Shown here piece by piece: positions 1 through 13,701 of a DNA stretch of 64,000 nucleotides. Source of the DNA: Tubulanus polymorphus (taxonomy: Eukaryota; Animalia; Nemertea); the NCBI RefSeq assembly GCF_964204645.1, contig NC_134026.1:27252150-27316149 (forward strand), written 5' to 3'. Below the pieces are notes generated by a model. The model did no database searches, had not been told where the DNA came from, and saw nothing but the letters and a program-made list of their open reading frames with translations. The stretch's first letter is position 1, and the number at the start of each line of letters is the position of its first letter. A program made the translations under genes and the position numbers.

Positions 1-418
1 AACACACATAACTGTTACCCGTTACGACTATAGAATAAATAAAATGGAAATAGTTTTAGATCAGCATAATTTCGAATTTCATATCATTTGTTGCTGTTCT
101 CGGCAACGGCAGCGAGTCGCCTTTCTGACTACATGATGTCTTCCCTTGAGGCCCCTCCATTCCAATTTTCATTGATTGACTTTTCATAAGGAATACAAAC
201 CAAACGCAACCCTTAACTAGCGTCAGCCCTGAAACCCACATGTTGATTAACCTACAATACGGTTACATCAGTAATTTGTAATAGCGCATGCGAAGACCGC
301 TCCCGGGAGCCAATCCAATATGTCCAGCGAATGCCCTTGTACATAGTTGATCCCGATACTAACGGTTATCAATTTGGTTTTATTTTGTCTCGAAAGCAAA
401 TATACCGTTGTTTTTCAG

Positions 419-3400
419 TAATTGAATGTCCAATCCCCGATCCACTTTGGAATGGAATCATCGAAGGTGACCAAACGACGTACGGGTCCATAATTATATT
501 CAGGTAATTCTTTCGCAGGCGAGAATGATGTCGATCGTATACATGAAATTCGAAAAGAATTCACTTGTAATTTACAGTTGCTACAAATCAATATATTCAT
601 CGATATATTGGCGATGTATTTCTAATTATGTACAGATGTAACCCGGGGACCTTACGAGTTGGGGAATCACTATCAGCAACTTGTTTGGATAATGGGAAAT
701 GGTCACACCCAACACCGCACTGTCACCGTAAGCAAATTAACTTTAAACAATAAACATACTCTTTAGACTTTGGATCCTCGTTTGCTTGTTTATAGCCGTT
801 TCTTAAAAAGTCATGCGTTATCATTGAATTTTCAGGACCGTGTCAAGTCCCATATATAAGTAACGGAGAAGTATTGAACTATGCGCCAGGGTCATCTGTA
901 GAACATGGTGTACGGGTTACTTTTACATGTCGCAGAGGACATCGACTTAATGTGACTGATACGTCCTGGTGCAGCAACGGCACATGGACCGTCGTTCCGC
1001 ACTGCGGACCATGTACGTTTTGGTTTAACCCCAATGGAGGTTATTAAAGTTAAATTAAACAACGATTTTTTGCACGGCAACGGAATCTATAAGACATCAC
1101 GAACCACAACACAGCACATAAATTGCTTAATCTAATCACATGTATATTTGGTAGATTTCCATTAAAACAATTGTGAACATGTTTGTATCAGATAGAATTA
1201 CTGACTTCTTCTATCATCTTCATATATTTACACTATATTGTACGGAGAGTTAAAATGACGCATTGGGTTGATTTTCACTCACGCAAATATCATTTTTTTT
1301 GTACGTAGCTCCTTGCAAAGAGAGGCCGCCGCTGATTCTCAACGGACTTGTTCGCTATCACAAATTACGCCATGGCCACCGGGCAAAATACAGCTGCAAT
1401 ACCGGTTACAAGCTGGTTGGAAGTGCAATTCTCACTTGCCAGTTCGGTAAATGGGCAGGGAACAAGCCGTACTGTGAACCATGTGAGTTATAGACTTATT
1501 CGCTTTCAATTATATAATCGCCGTGAATGGTGACATTCCTTTATTTTTACACATGAAATGTGAAGATCCATACGAGATCCTCTTGTATGAATGAAACGAT
1601 GAAGTGTATGGACCATCTCATTGCTAGCACATTAAGGATCTCTGTATCATTTACTTGGCAGAGTTTCTAATCGTATAATCTTGGTTGATATAAGAATTGA
1701 CTGGGGGAATCTTATTAAATTGCGGCACTATTCGTACGGCAATCGAATACTGATTGCGCTCGACTATTCCGCTGCTGCGACGCCACTGTTTCCTGTAGTT
1801 ATAGCCCGTTGGCTTTAATTCAACTCATTCGCCATCAACGTCATGCGCGTCACGCGAAAGTTTCCCAATATAATTATGATTATTGTGTACTTGTCAGAAA
1901 TCTGATCTAAATGCATTTATCTTTTTTTTTAACTTTTTAAATTGAAAAAATTCATTTTTGGTGTCACCGCCATTTTCCTTTATAACTTTGCACTATGAAA
2001 TCCGTTATATTCTAACATAGTTCATGTCATATACGTATACAATATTTTTTCAGCATACTGCCCGTATCCAGGAACAATTGAAAATGGAAAAATACTACTT
2101 GTCGGAGTTATTGGAAAATATGAATATCGTATATATGTTGAACGTATCGGACAAGGAGAAGTTATTGAGTTCCAATGCAAGAAGGGTTACAAAAGAATCG
2201 GTCCCGCTGGTGCCACGTGTATCGATGGAGTTTGGAGTCCTGATAATCGGCCACTGTGTCAAAAAGGAAAACACCTCAGGTTAATAAGGACTTGGCAAAG
2301 AACGTGGCGCAAAGTTGGGAAGAGGAGGAAGCGAAGAAGCCTCGCGTCTAATTGTACGTATATATATACATTCATCAACTCATGCACGATATCACAATAT
2401 AGTTTGTGTGTTAATTGTTCTACTGTGCGTAATGAGAAGTATGAATTTCACTTTATGATTAATTTGACTGGAAGTGTGATTAAGATAACATTTTTCCTCA
2501 AAAATAACCTTACTGAAACTTGAAATTCGGAATCGTTCCCCATCACCAACATAATTTCTACAGATAATTCATAAATTAAAAAATAATTTAACATTCAAAC
2601 TAAATCGATCGTTTCAAATTGCAAAGTGCCTGCGTGAAATGCCTGTAATTATTGGGTTCGAGATGCCTTTTCTGAGGTTCCGGGAAACAGAAGCGTACAA
2701 TTTCATTACGTTTGTTGTGGCCTGCAGCATTGTAATCATAAAAAATAACGTTGGAGGGCAAATCTTGTGAAAGATAAAAAACAAATCCATACGAAAACAA
2801 GAAAATCTAATTCTATTTCAGATCCGGCAATGATGTTTAATAAATACCGAGCACTGCAGGCATCGATTAATGCAAACGGTAAGATCGACACATCTTTAAC
2901 CCGGAAACAATACGAATAATTTATACACTGCATGAGGTGATGGTCTCTAAAAACTTTTTCAGAAGCACAAACTCGATCATTTAATGGAAGGAAGTTGCTC
3001 TCTACTGCGGACGAAAATGGTTTGTAATAAGAAGGGAATATTTCGATTACCTACAAATCTATCTAATCATTATGTATAACATCAAATGATCCTCTGATCT
3101 ATAAATTCCAGACGATTTGATTTATTTTATTGCAGTTCACTGTCCCGCTTTTGAAGAGGACGGTATGACGATAAATATAGTGACTGGTTACAAGGACTAC
3201 ATGCGTTATCCTGTTACTTACACACACGGAACAATACTGAAAGTAATCTGCGATGAAACTTACGATTTAGAGCCACAGTCGAATCATTTCACTTGTGTCA
3301 GCGGTGACTGGAAACCAGATATACCCCATTGCCAAGCGAGTAAGTTTACGGCTGTTACTTAGTCTTTTCGGTCGTCTCTAATTTGAGCTCAATCAATAGG

Positions 3401-6400
3401 AACAAAAATTGATCTTCCAAAGCCAAATTTCCTTTTTCAAATTAGACAAGAATACTTTATATTGATAAACACTGAAAAAAGGCTGCAATCTCTTCCCAGA
3501 TACATTTTCTAATATTCCATATTACTAGCAGTTTCGAAGTATATATTGTATGATTCTAGGGTATTGTAAGATTCCGGACGAGTTAGATCACATGGTTATA
3601 ATATCAACGCCGAACGATATCAGCGTAAAGAACAATACGAATATTCCGAACGGGTACAAAATTACGGAAACATGTCAGAAGGGATATGAATTGAATAGTA
3701 ATTACGATGAGAACGCATGCGCTGATGGAAAGTGGGAACAAGAATTTCCCAGTTGTGTTCCTGGTAAATTTTCATTGGTCATCATCATTTTAAAAATTAA
3801 TGGGCACAAGGCTTTCATTCCACACGTCTATTTTTCAGCGTCTTGTGAAATCCCATTACTGGAAAATGGTATATACAATGGATTTACTGACGATTTACCG
3901 AAATATACGTTTCCTCATGGGAAGAGCCTGGAGTATTCTTGTGACCCTGGATATGATACGATAACCTCCCCAAAGATCGTCTGTATTCATGGCCAATGGA
4001 AAGATAACGTCCCAGAATGTGTAAAATGTATGTATTCGAGCTATAAGCGGAGGAAAAAGAAAAATGTTGTATCAAACACGTAACCGAAACTTGCTCCAAC
4101 ATAAATAATTCTATTTCAGTACAGAACAACTGCAAGTTGCCAGAGGTGCAATATGCCGAATTGTCCGTACCAGATAAGCAAGTGACATTGGCACCGGGAG
4201 CCGAACTTATTATCAGTTGCAACCTAGGATTTGCAATGCTTGGAATCGGAAAGTTACGATGCAATCAAAACGGTTCATGGGATAGTTCACCGCCTACTTG
4301 TAAACCATGTAAGGAAATGGATTCTTTGTTTTAATCGTAATGGCTAACACACGCCTTTGTCTCTCTTTATTTACACGTTATACGTACATACATTATGATA
4401 TTACATCTTTATCGCTTTCTAGATTGCCGAAATGCCGAGTCTGACTTTTCGAAGACAAAAAATCTTCGACCATTTTTACAAGAAAAAGTAATATATGGCA
4501 TTACGGAATTGGAGTGTATGATCAGATGTCGCACTGAACTGAAATTTGATTGTCACTCCGCAGACTATTTGCATTACGAAAAAAGATGCGTTTTGGGGAA
4601 GATTTCACGACTGACAAGGCCTGACCTTTGGTTACCTGCTTTAGATTGGACAAATTTCGAGCGGGTTTGTGTACCAGGTAAGTATTCAGTTTTAAATATC
4701 TCGTCGTGGGGGAAATGAGAAAAACTCCTTTCAATTCAAGATCTGTTCTTTTTCTAGTTGGCTGCGAAAAACCGAAGTTTTTGCATAACGGAAAGATCAC
4801 GGTTAAAGGTATTCCTTACATTGCCGGGACTACATTATCGTTTAAGTGCGATGAAGGATATCGACTGGAAGGAAGCTCGTCAATCCAATGTTTGAATACA
4901 CGAAGATGGAGTGAAGCGATCCCTGCGTGCCAAGGTAATAACGAGGTGCTACCGACTACATCACCGTTGATTAGTGATTCAATTTATATGTTTTCCATCA
5001 TATTGCAGAAACAAATAAAGCGCAAAATTCAAGTGTTCGCAATGTAAAGAACGCTTTAGCAGATTGTTTCCGTCCAGTTCCCAATGCGAATGTGGTGCTA
5101 TCGTATAAAGGTGTCAAACTCGAATATATACAGCAACCGAATTTCAAACATAACACTATTCTCACCGCTAGATGTAAAAAGATCGAGTCATTTGTTCTTC
5201 CTGGCATTTCAAAAGTGACATGTTACAACGGAGTTTGGGATAGCAATCCAAACTGTGATGAAATCGGAGGCAAGTCTTTATCAACTTAACGCAGTCGCTG
5301 ATACGATTAAAAATCTTTGTGAAGTTTAGTCTTATCATTTCTTTGGTGGTTTATTACAGTTGATGCTATTAAGTTGAAAATACCCAACTCATTGACCGCT
5401 ACTACTGTTACTGACGATGGCTCAATTTTACTGAGACCTGGGGAAAAGTTTGCTATCGACTGTGTCTATGCGGCTGATACTGATAAACTAACCTGGATTG
5501 CCAACGATGAGGGAAACGTTGTGAAGGAGACATTTATATCTGCTGGAGAGTACAATGCCTTTCGACTTCTTATCGGGCCAGTCAGCTTTAAAGACACCGG
5601 TAGCTACTATTGCCAAGATGATAAACACAGAAGAAGCGTCAACATAAATGTCGAAGTGACAGGTGAGAATGAATAAACGAAAGTTAAATGACTGTTTTGA
5701 ATGATTTCCAAGATTGCTCATGCGTTTCATTTCGTTTGTTTTTTTCAGACAAAATTGGCACATTTTGTACCGAACCAAAGAAGCCGGTTTTTGGATACAT
5801 TACAGGGGACAAACCATGGCATATTGGTAGCTATATCATATACAGGTGTAGTAGAGGTTACACGATGAGAGGCAATGCTCTTGCGTATTGCTTGAATGAT
5901 AAAATGTGGTCATCACCCGCTCCAAGTTGTGAAGGTAACGTTTCATAAAATATAGAAATATGGAATTTCAGCTGCTGTGGTTTTGTAAAACAATCTCATT
6001 CGTTTATAGCGACTAAATGTCATAAATCACTCATAAAAGATCGGAGCATAGCGATGATATTCAATGGAAATAGTGTCGGCAGTAGAGTGACTTTTCACTG
6101 TAAAGAACCTGGTCAGATATTACAAGGTTCGCAGGAGGCTGTTTGTAACCGCATTGGTAAATGGAGGTTCACCGGTACAAAGATGCCAATATGCAAAGGT
6201 ATGCAGTCACTTTAGCGAGTTACGTTTATTCCTACTTGTTTATATGTTTGGAATATTTTTGGTTCCATTTTTCCAGCAAGAACATGTCCCACACTGTCCG
6301 TTCCACAGAATTATAATATCATAGCACTAAATCGGAGTCACAGTTATGGCGATTCGGTTTTATTCGTTTGTAAAGAAAGGAATTATGTTCTGGATGGTCC

Positions 6401-6755
6401 ACCGGATATCACTTGTCAAATGGATGGTACCTGGTCAGCGGAAGTGCCTAAATGTATCAGTAAGTTTAATCTTTCCCTCAGATCGTGCACTGCAATAATA
6501 TACACTAATGAATTAATACGATATATGTTTTTCTTTTCGCTAGTTGCGTGCGCGAATCCGGGAGCCCCGACACACGGAGCAATTGAAGCAGACCACGTCC
6601 CAAGACCTGGCAATCTCTACCCTGTGGAAACCATACTGACGTTCCGATGTCAGAAAAAATATAGACTTCCTGATTTAGTATCTCGTACCAGCAAATGCCT
6701 TCCAAATGGCCACTGGTCTCAGCTCACACCAGCCTGTGTCCCAGTATTATCATAG
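419..6755 (+). CDS. Multi-CCP (sushi) secreted protein of the LEV-9/Hikaru genki/Hasp type, with PAN/apple and Ig domains; 5' end outside the window
   Basis: About 18 GT/GC-AG exons, mostly phase-1 CCP modules (C..C..W..P.C). The exon near 2054-2354 reads YCPYPGTIENGKILLVGVIGKYEYRIYVERI...GPAGATCIDGVWSP...KHLR...KRRKRRS, the LEV-9/Hig signature CCP. PAN-like exon near 4423-4678, Ig exon 5360-5662, stop TAG at 6755, AATAAA near 6778. Confidence 0.8.
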
Positions 6756-8262
6756 CAGCATCAAAGCAATCTTATGAAATAAAATGCAGTATTTTTGAAG
6801 TTCGTGACATAGTTTAGGTCAAATGCAAATTCATGCTTATTCAAAAATATCCGTAAGCGTGCAAACTATTGATAACGGACCTACAAAATGCCAGCGTTAC
6901 CAACATTAAAAAAGCCAATGTTCTTCTAGAGTCTGGGTAAAATTCCCGAATAGTCCGACGGGTGTGCCCTATGCATTTATTACAACAAAAGCTTCGCGGG
7001 GATTATTCAAGCAATTTCGATCCTTGAATAGACACCCTTTTAACGTATTGTAAATAAAAATAAATCTAAAACTTGGTTCCTTTGTAAATATAGTAATTTA
7101 TTCTCTATCAAGTGTAACTGTATATATTAATTAACTCAACTACATGTATTGCAGAATTCTGAATGATAAAATCTTGTGGAATGATCATCTACAAATATTA
7201 TTACGGACGACATGATTCTTATATTGGTATGAATAGACATCTATCAACACCATAAAAGCTTAAGTACGAGAGTATTTGTGTTACAAAATAATGAAATATT
7301 GTAAAGATTGAATGAACTGTTGCACGCGCGAATAACAAATAAAAAATTTCCACCACTAAATCATTATTTTTATCACAAGGATAGAATCACCATAATTCTA
7401 TAAAAGTAATGCAAATGTAATTTCACTTATAAAATGAGCACCGATTATTATTATATATTTCAGTTAACCTTTTATTGTAATGCAGTGGTCATATAAAAAT
7501 AAATGGTAGATTTTTACTGATTATATCCGTGTAACCGTCTTATATTTCATTCAAATATGTATTTCACCGAATTCTTAGTAAATTAGCACCTTGGTGAACA
7601 TTCAAATAGTACATATATACAATTTTTGGGAGGGGGTAAAAAATCATATACCGGCGGTACATTGTACTAACTAATGTACTTACAGTTGGGGGTCAATGGA
7701 ACAAGAGCCAAAATCATACAAGGGGGTTTAAAAACGGCAAAATAGGCCACATGTACAATTTGAATGCTCCCCTTTTAGAATGATGTACATATTATCTTAC
7801 AAATTGAAAACTTCTGACTTAAATGATAAGATTTTCTGGGATCGTTGGAAGTTCCATATGACAATTTCTTGTGTTATTAAAATTTGAGATAAGGAATGAA
7901 AAAAGATAACAGTGATCTATACCAAAGCTCTTCCATTATATAAAAGCAGAAAAATATGTGTCTCACACAACACACAATGATAAGAGCCGATCTAGAATGA
8001 ACACATGTGAAAACCTGCCGAGTGTTAAATATACCGTATGTTAAGATAACCACCAGCCTTTTCTATCTAGACAAAAGAACTCGATCAATAAATCGAGACA
8101 TTATAACATTCAATACACATCATACATTTTCATGAGTATTATACACTAGAACCCACCACAAAGTAACGGTACCAATTCCTTCATGAGGTTTTAAAAAACC
8201 TGTGAACTTGGTCGACTAAGTGAAATACAACTAAGTAAGGCATTATTCAAATAAGGCAGCGT

Positions 8263-9504
8263 CTATTTTATTCCCAATAGATTATTTCTTAGTTGTTTCT
8301 GTTCATCATCTCCAAACCCTATGTTATTCAGATATTGAGGAACAGATCCATACCTGTAAAAAAATAGACAAGAAACTTGCATTAGATGAAATTTTGTGTG
8401 AAAAAAAAATCATAGAAAAATTAAAACATTACTTACTTTTCATCAATAAACTCTAATAATTCTTCCATTATTTCTGCCTTGGCATAAGCGAAGTCATCAC
8501 CTAAACCATAGCGTTCATTTATTTCACTGCGAACCCGTGGCATCACGTCCTTTAAACCTTCCTATAAACAAATAGAATAACACGTACATTAAAACTAGGC
8601 CTACTGGATACCATTAGTTCATTTTCAAAAACAAGCACAAATCTTGAACCTTACTTGTGTTACTGCATAATCCCAAATAATATATTCTTTCGTCTTTCCC
8701 ATCACAGATAAAATCAAAGCAGATATTATACCAGTACGATCTTTCCCATGACTACAGTTAATCATTGCAGGTAAATTAGATGGATTAGTCAAAAGTTTTA
8801 AAGCTGAAAATACAGATGTACCAGAATTGCATTATGAAGACATTTCACTTGTATAACATTCAAGACATTTGATTTGTATAACATTCAAGAAAAGAGATTT
8901 AAGGAACAAATTTACCTGCAGCTATACTTGCTTGACTGTGAGTTACGATATCCTTGTACTGTCCAACCAGTCCCAGAGGGTTCAGAACATGTTTGGCAAA
9001 AAGGGACACAAAATTTTTATAATAACCAGTACTTTTCATTAGATCCCCCAACAAATATATCAAAGACACTAACTGAATATACCATGCTCCTCTAGAAAAT
9101 ATTGAAAAAATATAGTTCAAACGGAAGAAATTAATGAAAAAATGTCTTCCAATGTTTTCGCTCGTTTTTGGGGTAACAGGGGAATGGGACACAGCTTCAC
9201 CAGGTTTATAGGTCCATCGCAGTGTAGGAAAATTGACCTTACACACTTGATAGAATTTATCAATGAACTTATCCCCTTCATATCGACTGTATTCCGAAGA
9301 TGCGCGACCATCAATAATAGACTTCATTCCGAGGTCTGCGAGCATGTTTGCCTCTTCCTTCGTTAAGAGATCAGGTCTCGAGGAACGGTACAACATAGGC
9401 AGTAAATCCTGATTTTTCTCGTCAGCAGGAGGCCAAAGCTGACGAAAATTAGCAAGAGAGGGCGGAGCGTTCTCAGGAATAAGAGGCTGGTTTGGATGCG
9501 ACAT
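8263..9504 (-). CDS. Y_phosphatase3-family (IphP/MptpB-like) protein tyrosine/lipid phosphatase, 4 exons
   Basis: Motifs NFRQL, LYRSSRPD, LGMKSIID and P-loop NCSHGKDRTG (about 8730-8760), DYAVT, and C-terminal YGSVPQYLNNIGF; stop at 8263-8265. Confidence 0.85.
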
Positions 9505-9617
9505 ATTAGTTCCAGGGTCCGCGAAACAGCTATTTACTCAAGACCACAGATGTCAACTGTCAGAACAAACCGACCCGGAAGTAAAGCGGAAGTAGAGTGT
9601 CAAAATTATGACCAGTA

Positions 9618-9673
9618 ACTGCTGCCCTCTCTTGATCCGACGTGGAAAAATTGAACACCTGGGTTCGAATCCC
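9618..9673. promoter_or_regulatory. CTCF-like motif plus TFIIIC B-box upstream of the phosphatase gene
   Basis: GCTGCCCTCT at 9621 and GGTTCGAATCCC at 9662; second B-box GGTTCGAAACC at 9740. Confidence 0.55.
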
Positions 9674-12600
9674 GTTGGCGCTTCGCAATCAGATAGCGAT
9701 AATGTTTCTTGATAAGTTTCGGAAAGTACATGATATTTTGGTTCGAAACCTAACGTGGAATATAATTTTTGAGATTTCATGCGATGGTTCATTCTGCAAG
9801 TTGTGCGTATTCCACGCGATTTGGAAAGGAGGTTTATGGAATCTATGGGCTATATAAGCATCGCTCGGCATCGATTTTGTTGATTTACTTGGAATTTTGG
9901 ATCTTTGACTCAATTAGGACGCGGCTAGTCATATACATATAGCGGGTTTTACATGGAGTCTACTGTGAATTATTAAATTGTTGATCATTTGTATTATGTA
10001 TTCATTTGTTTATCCATAAGTCATCTTTAATTTGAACATCTGATCATGATGAGCCATGCCACAGGCACTGAATCAAACGGTAAAAGAAAACAACTGGAAG
10101 ACAATATTCTCGAGACAACGACAAAATCCTGAAGTCGAACCTAGCCGTACCGGCGAAGTTGTTCCTGGAAGACCGTATTTCGGTACTTATTGTACCGTAC
10201 ATATTCTGTATGATCCCTCGTTGGTGCTGCCGGGCACCGTCACACAACTACACTTCGGATACCAGGACTCTGGATGATTTGCGTTTCGAAATGTGGCTTC
10301 TTTTTAATTAAGTCATCACGCGGTACAACCAACTTAAACGACTTCTACATCAACATACCCGAAAAAAAAACTTCTCGGACTTTACACGTGGAAAACGACC
10401 AAAAATATGAAAGTGGACAAAACGACCCCAACCTTCCTTGTACGTTATCTCGAGGTATCAAACTAGACGCCGGCCAACATAAATCCAACCCGTTACTAGC
10501 CGGTGAGGCTGGTTGGAAGAATGTCGGAAGCGAAATTTCCATTTGTTTAAGTCGATTTAAACAAAAAAAGTAAATTCGCCCGCCGATCACACAACCAACA
10601 AAAATATAACTGACTAGAAACCCTATTACTAGACTCAAGTTTACTGTCGAATTAGGTTCAGCCGATCGGGAGAACCACGGTACCTTGGCTATAACAGAGA
10701 GTGGTTAATCGCCATCAAACGAGGTTATAACTGTTCTTTGCATAATTCATGCGATCTATTTACTGTGTATACCTCCAGGGCCCTAGAATTAAGTCAATAT
10801 TACCCGGGCGTTAGACTTTATCCATGGTATCATATACATTTTATTAGAAGATCGACTGATACCCAAAAAATAACGAACATTTATCTGAATTATATATGCT
10901 ACGTGTGAACTAATGACGTACTAGTGATGAATAGCGAATAGCATGCGTTACTAATTGAGAAAAATAATTATCTCGTATATCGATACGTAACTCAACACGG
11001 CGATCAAAATGTAGGCAAAATGTCATACAGAAACATATAGGTATGAACAGAAATATAATGTATATATCATATACAGATACGAGAGACAAATGTCAGATAT
11101 TGGCAGATATTTGATTATTTTGCGCAACCGACAAACGACAAGTGTAAAAAAACGACAGTAGGCCGAACGCGCGCAACGTCATCACTCACTTGCAGCAGGT
11201 TTGGTTATTACGCTCCGGAACAACTATTCTAGAAACTCGGACGGTATCGAAACATCGGGATATGGGATATGCAATCTAGGTAAGTGAAATTTTATTGAAC
11301 CATTGCGAGGCACATTGATCACAAAAATATTCGCTCTCAGAAACTGCGCTCGTGACTGATTTGTCTCATGGTGAGATGAAGAAGTTAATGTCAAGCAGAC
11401 GCAGGCTAAATAGGAAAAAATAATCCTTCCGTTTTTTGTCTTTCATTTAGTTTTGGGTACCTTAACATTTCACAAGATATAGCATATATTGTTACGATTA
11501 AGGTTCAGATAATTCTGCAGTGCATTCACCATCTACATATTTTCGAAAATTCCAATCCCATGCAACGCTCAATATACTCAACTTTAAGAATCGCATTAAG
11601 TTGGACGTAGAGCGGAATATGTTTCTAGCATTTTCGTTTGTTCTGAGTTTTTTTCCGATTCAGCGCACGTTTGAACGGTCGATCATGAGTTTGTTTTCTT
11701 TCTCGGTCGCAATTTACTTACAGCAAAAACGAATGAATAATAAAACTCTGTTACACTTTCTAGTCGGTAAAAGCCTGTCTCATATCTCCTCGTTTTCATT
11801 CTTCGGCTTAATGGAGGGATATAGCCATAACGACCGCTTCAGTCAGATTTGGATCTCTGATGCCATAAAGGACCCACACAGATTTCGATAATCGACATAG
11901 ATGTTTTCATATAGCTAAATCTTCGAAGATAAGACAACACGATAATCCCTGGGAAGGTAGAATAGCCTACTAAACAGTCTATCCCATTAAGCGCTCGTCC
12001 AAGTGAACCGAATTAGCGTGATTGTATTAATTCCCGTCACCTCCTCTAGCGTCTCCCCACCAAAATTAAACGGAGATCCATCAGAGAAATTGATGGTACA
12101 AAATGATTATGTTTACCTACTTAAGTATTCCCGGTTCTCGTTCAATTCTAAATGGGTTTTTTTCCAATGCATCAGCTGAACAAAATTTAAATGAAGTACC
12201 AAAGAAACCACGTTAGATCTATACATATCAACACTGTACAATGCGCTCAGGGAAATAAGGTCCGGGTAAATGATGCAGATATAGAAACGAATTTTAACTT
12301 TCTGAAAATAACATTGATTAGTATTTCTACTATATTTGTACTAGAAATGCATATTAATGTGTTAACGAGTTATTCATGAATAGACAGCGCGATTTTTATT
12401 GCCATTAAGCGGACAGTGCTTGGCCAAACCAGGAGGTGATTAACTGGAAGGCTTTTGAGATAATACGCATTAAGCCGACGAGCTTTTCTGCGATCGTTTT
12501 ATGTTTCTTTTTATGTCGGAGAATACGGTGATTTGACAGATAATAGCGAGGTGCAGATATACAGTATAAGATCCATGATATAATGAGGAAACTAATAAAT

Positions 12601-13701
12601 AGGAATACAAAAAGGACGTAGTGTCAAAATATACGATAAAGGAATTTTGAATCCACTGAAGACTCGAGGCTGACGGGAAGGTACGATACTAGCCGAATTA
12701 CAGGATCAGGAAGATTTCGAGTCTGAAAAAAAGCTTTTTAGAGTCGGATATACTTTTATTACAGTCGTTGCATATGCTATATAAATTAGCACTTAGTTTT
12801 ATCCGCATGCAGATTGACGAAGAGCCAGAAATGCTCAGCGTTAACAAAGTTGTAATCATTTATGGCGCCACGATCATTCGAGATTTCTATCAAGACTCAC
12901 ACAATTCCGGATGTTTCAATCGATCACCAATCAATCACTCACTCTCGAAGATGATCAATCTATCTGAAATCAGATTTATTGTAAAACAAACTGGAACTCA
13001 GTGTTGATAAAACTTGATTCTCACCTACTCATGAGATCTGATCAATACAGAAACCATTAATTCTTATCGTCTCTCGAATTCTTCTTCTTAATGGTAGAGG
13101 GAAACCAAGGCCAGAGTCTTTTGTGCAGTCATAAATCTTCTGCCTCGGTTAGGATTACTGATACATGCACGTATGCAAGATCGTCGATAGCTCATTTGGT
13201 ACGAATGTGCGATTACGTATAAATGACTATCTAAAGAATCATGTCTTCGCCGATCCTGTTTTCGAAATAAAGTTCCTCAATATCGAGCGGTTATTGATTC
13301 ATTGATTGTAAAAGATGTACGCGACGCGACTGTTAAAGATGTATGCGATGAATAATTGAATATGAATATATAGATTTTCTTATTGATCGATGTATTTACA
13401 ACATCTTCCCATTCCTTTTCGCAAAGCCGTTGTCCCGTCCATTGATCTTTGAAATTCGAAGTTTGATTACATTCTCTGTCATAACGATAGCCTCTTAAAC
13501 TGGACATATGAACCGGTATATTGAAATTCCGTGAATGTGCACAAATGGTATGACAATTAAGCCGTTGTTGATATTCTCCGATTGCAGTCTCAAATAAAAA
13601 TAGTTTCTTTCGTTCAACGAAAAGAAAACATCTCACAATGCCCCCTCCGGGGCTCCGTATCTAATCGATCTACGATGAGTGTACTTGTATTTTGTAGTTG
13701 G

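Noticed and set aside
9640-9690. tRNA gene suggested by GGTTCGAATCCC (also at 23856, 27001 and 27132)
   Set aside because: No A-box, D-arm or acceptor stem; treated as isolated B-boxes.
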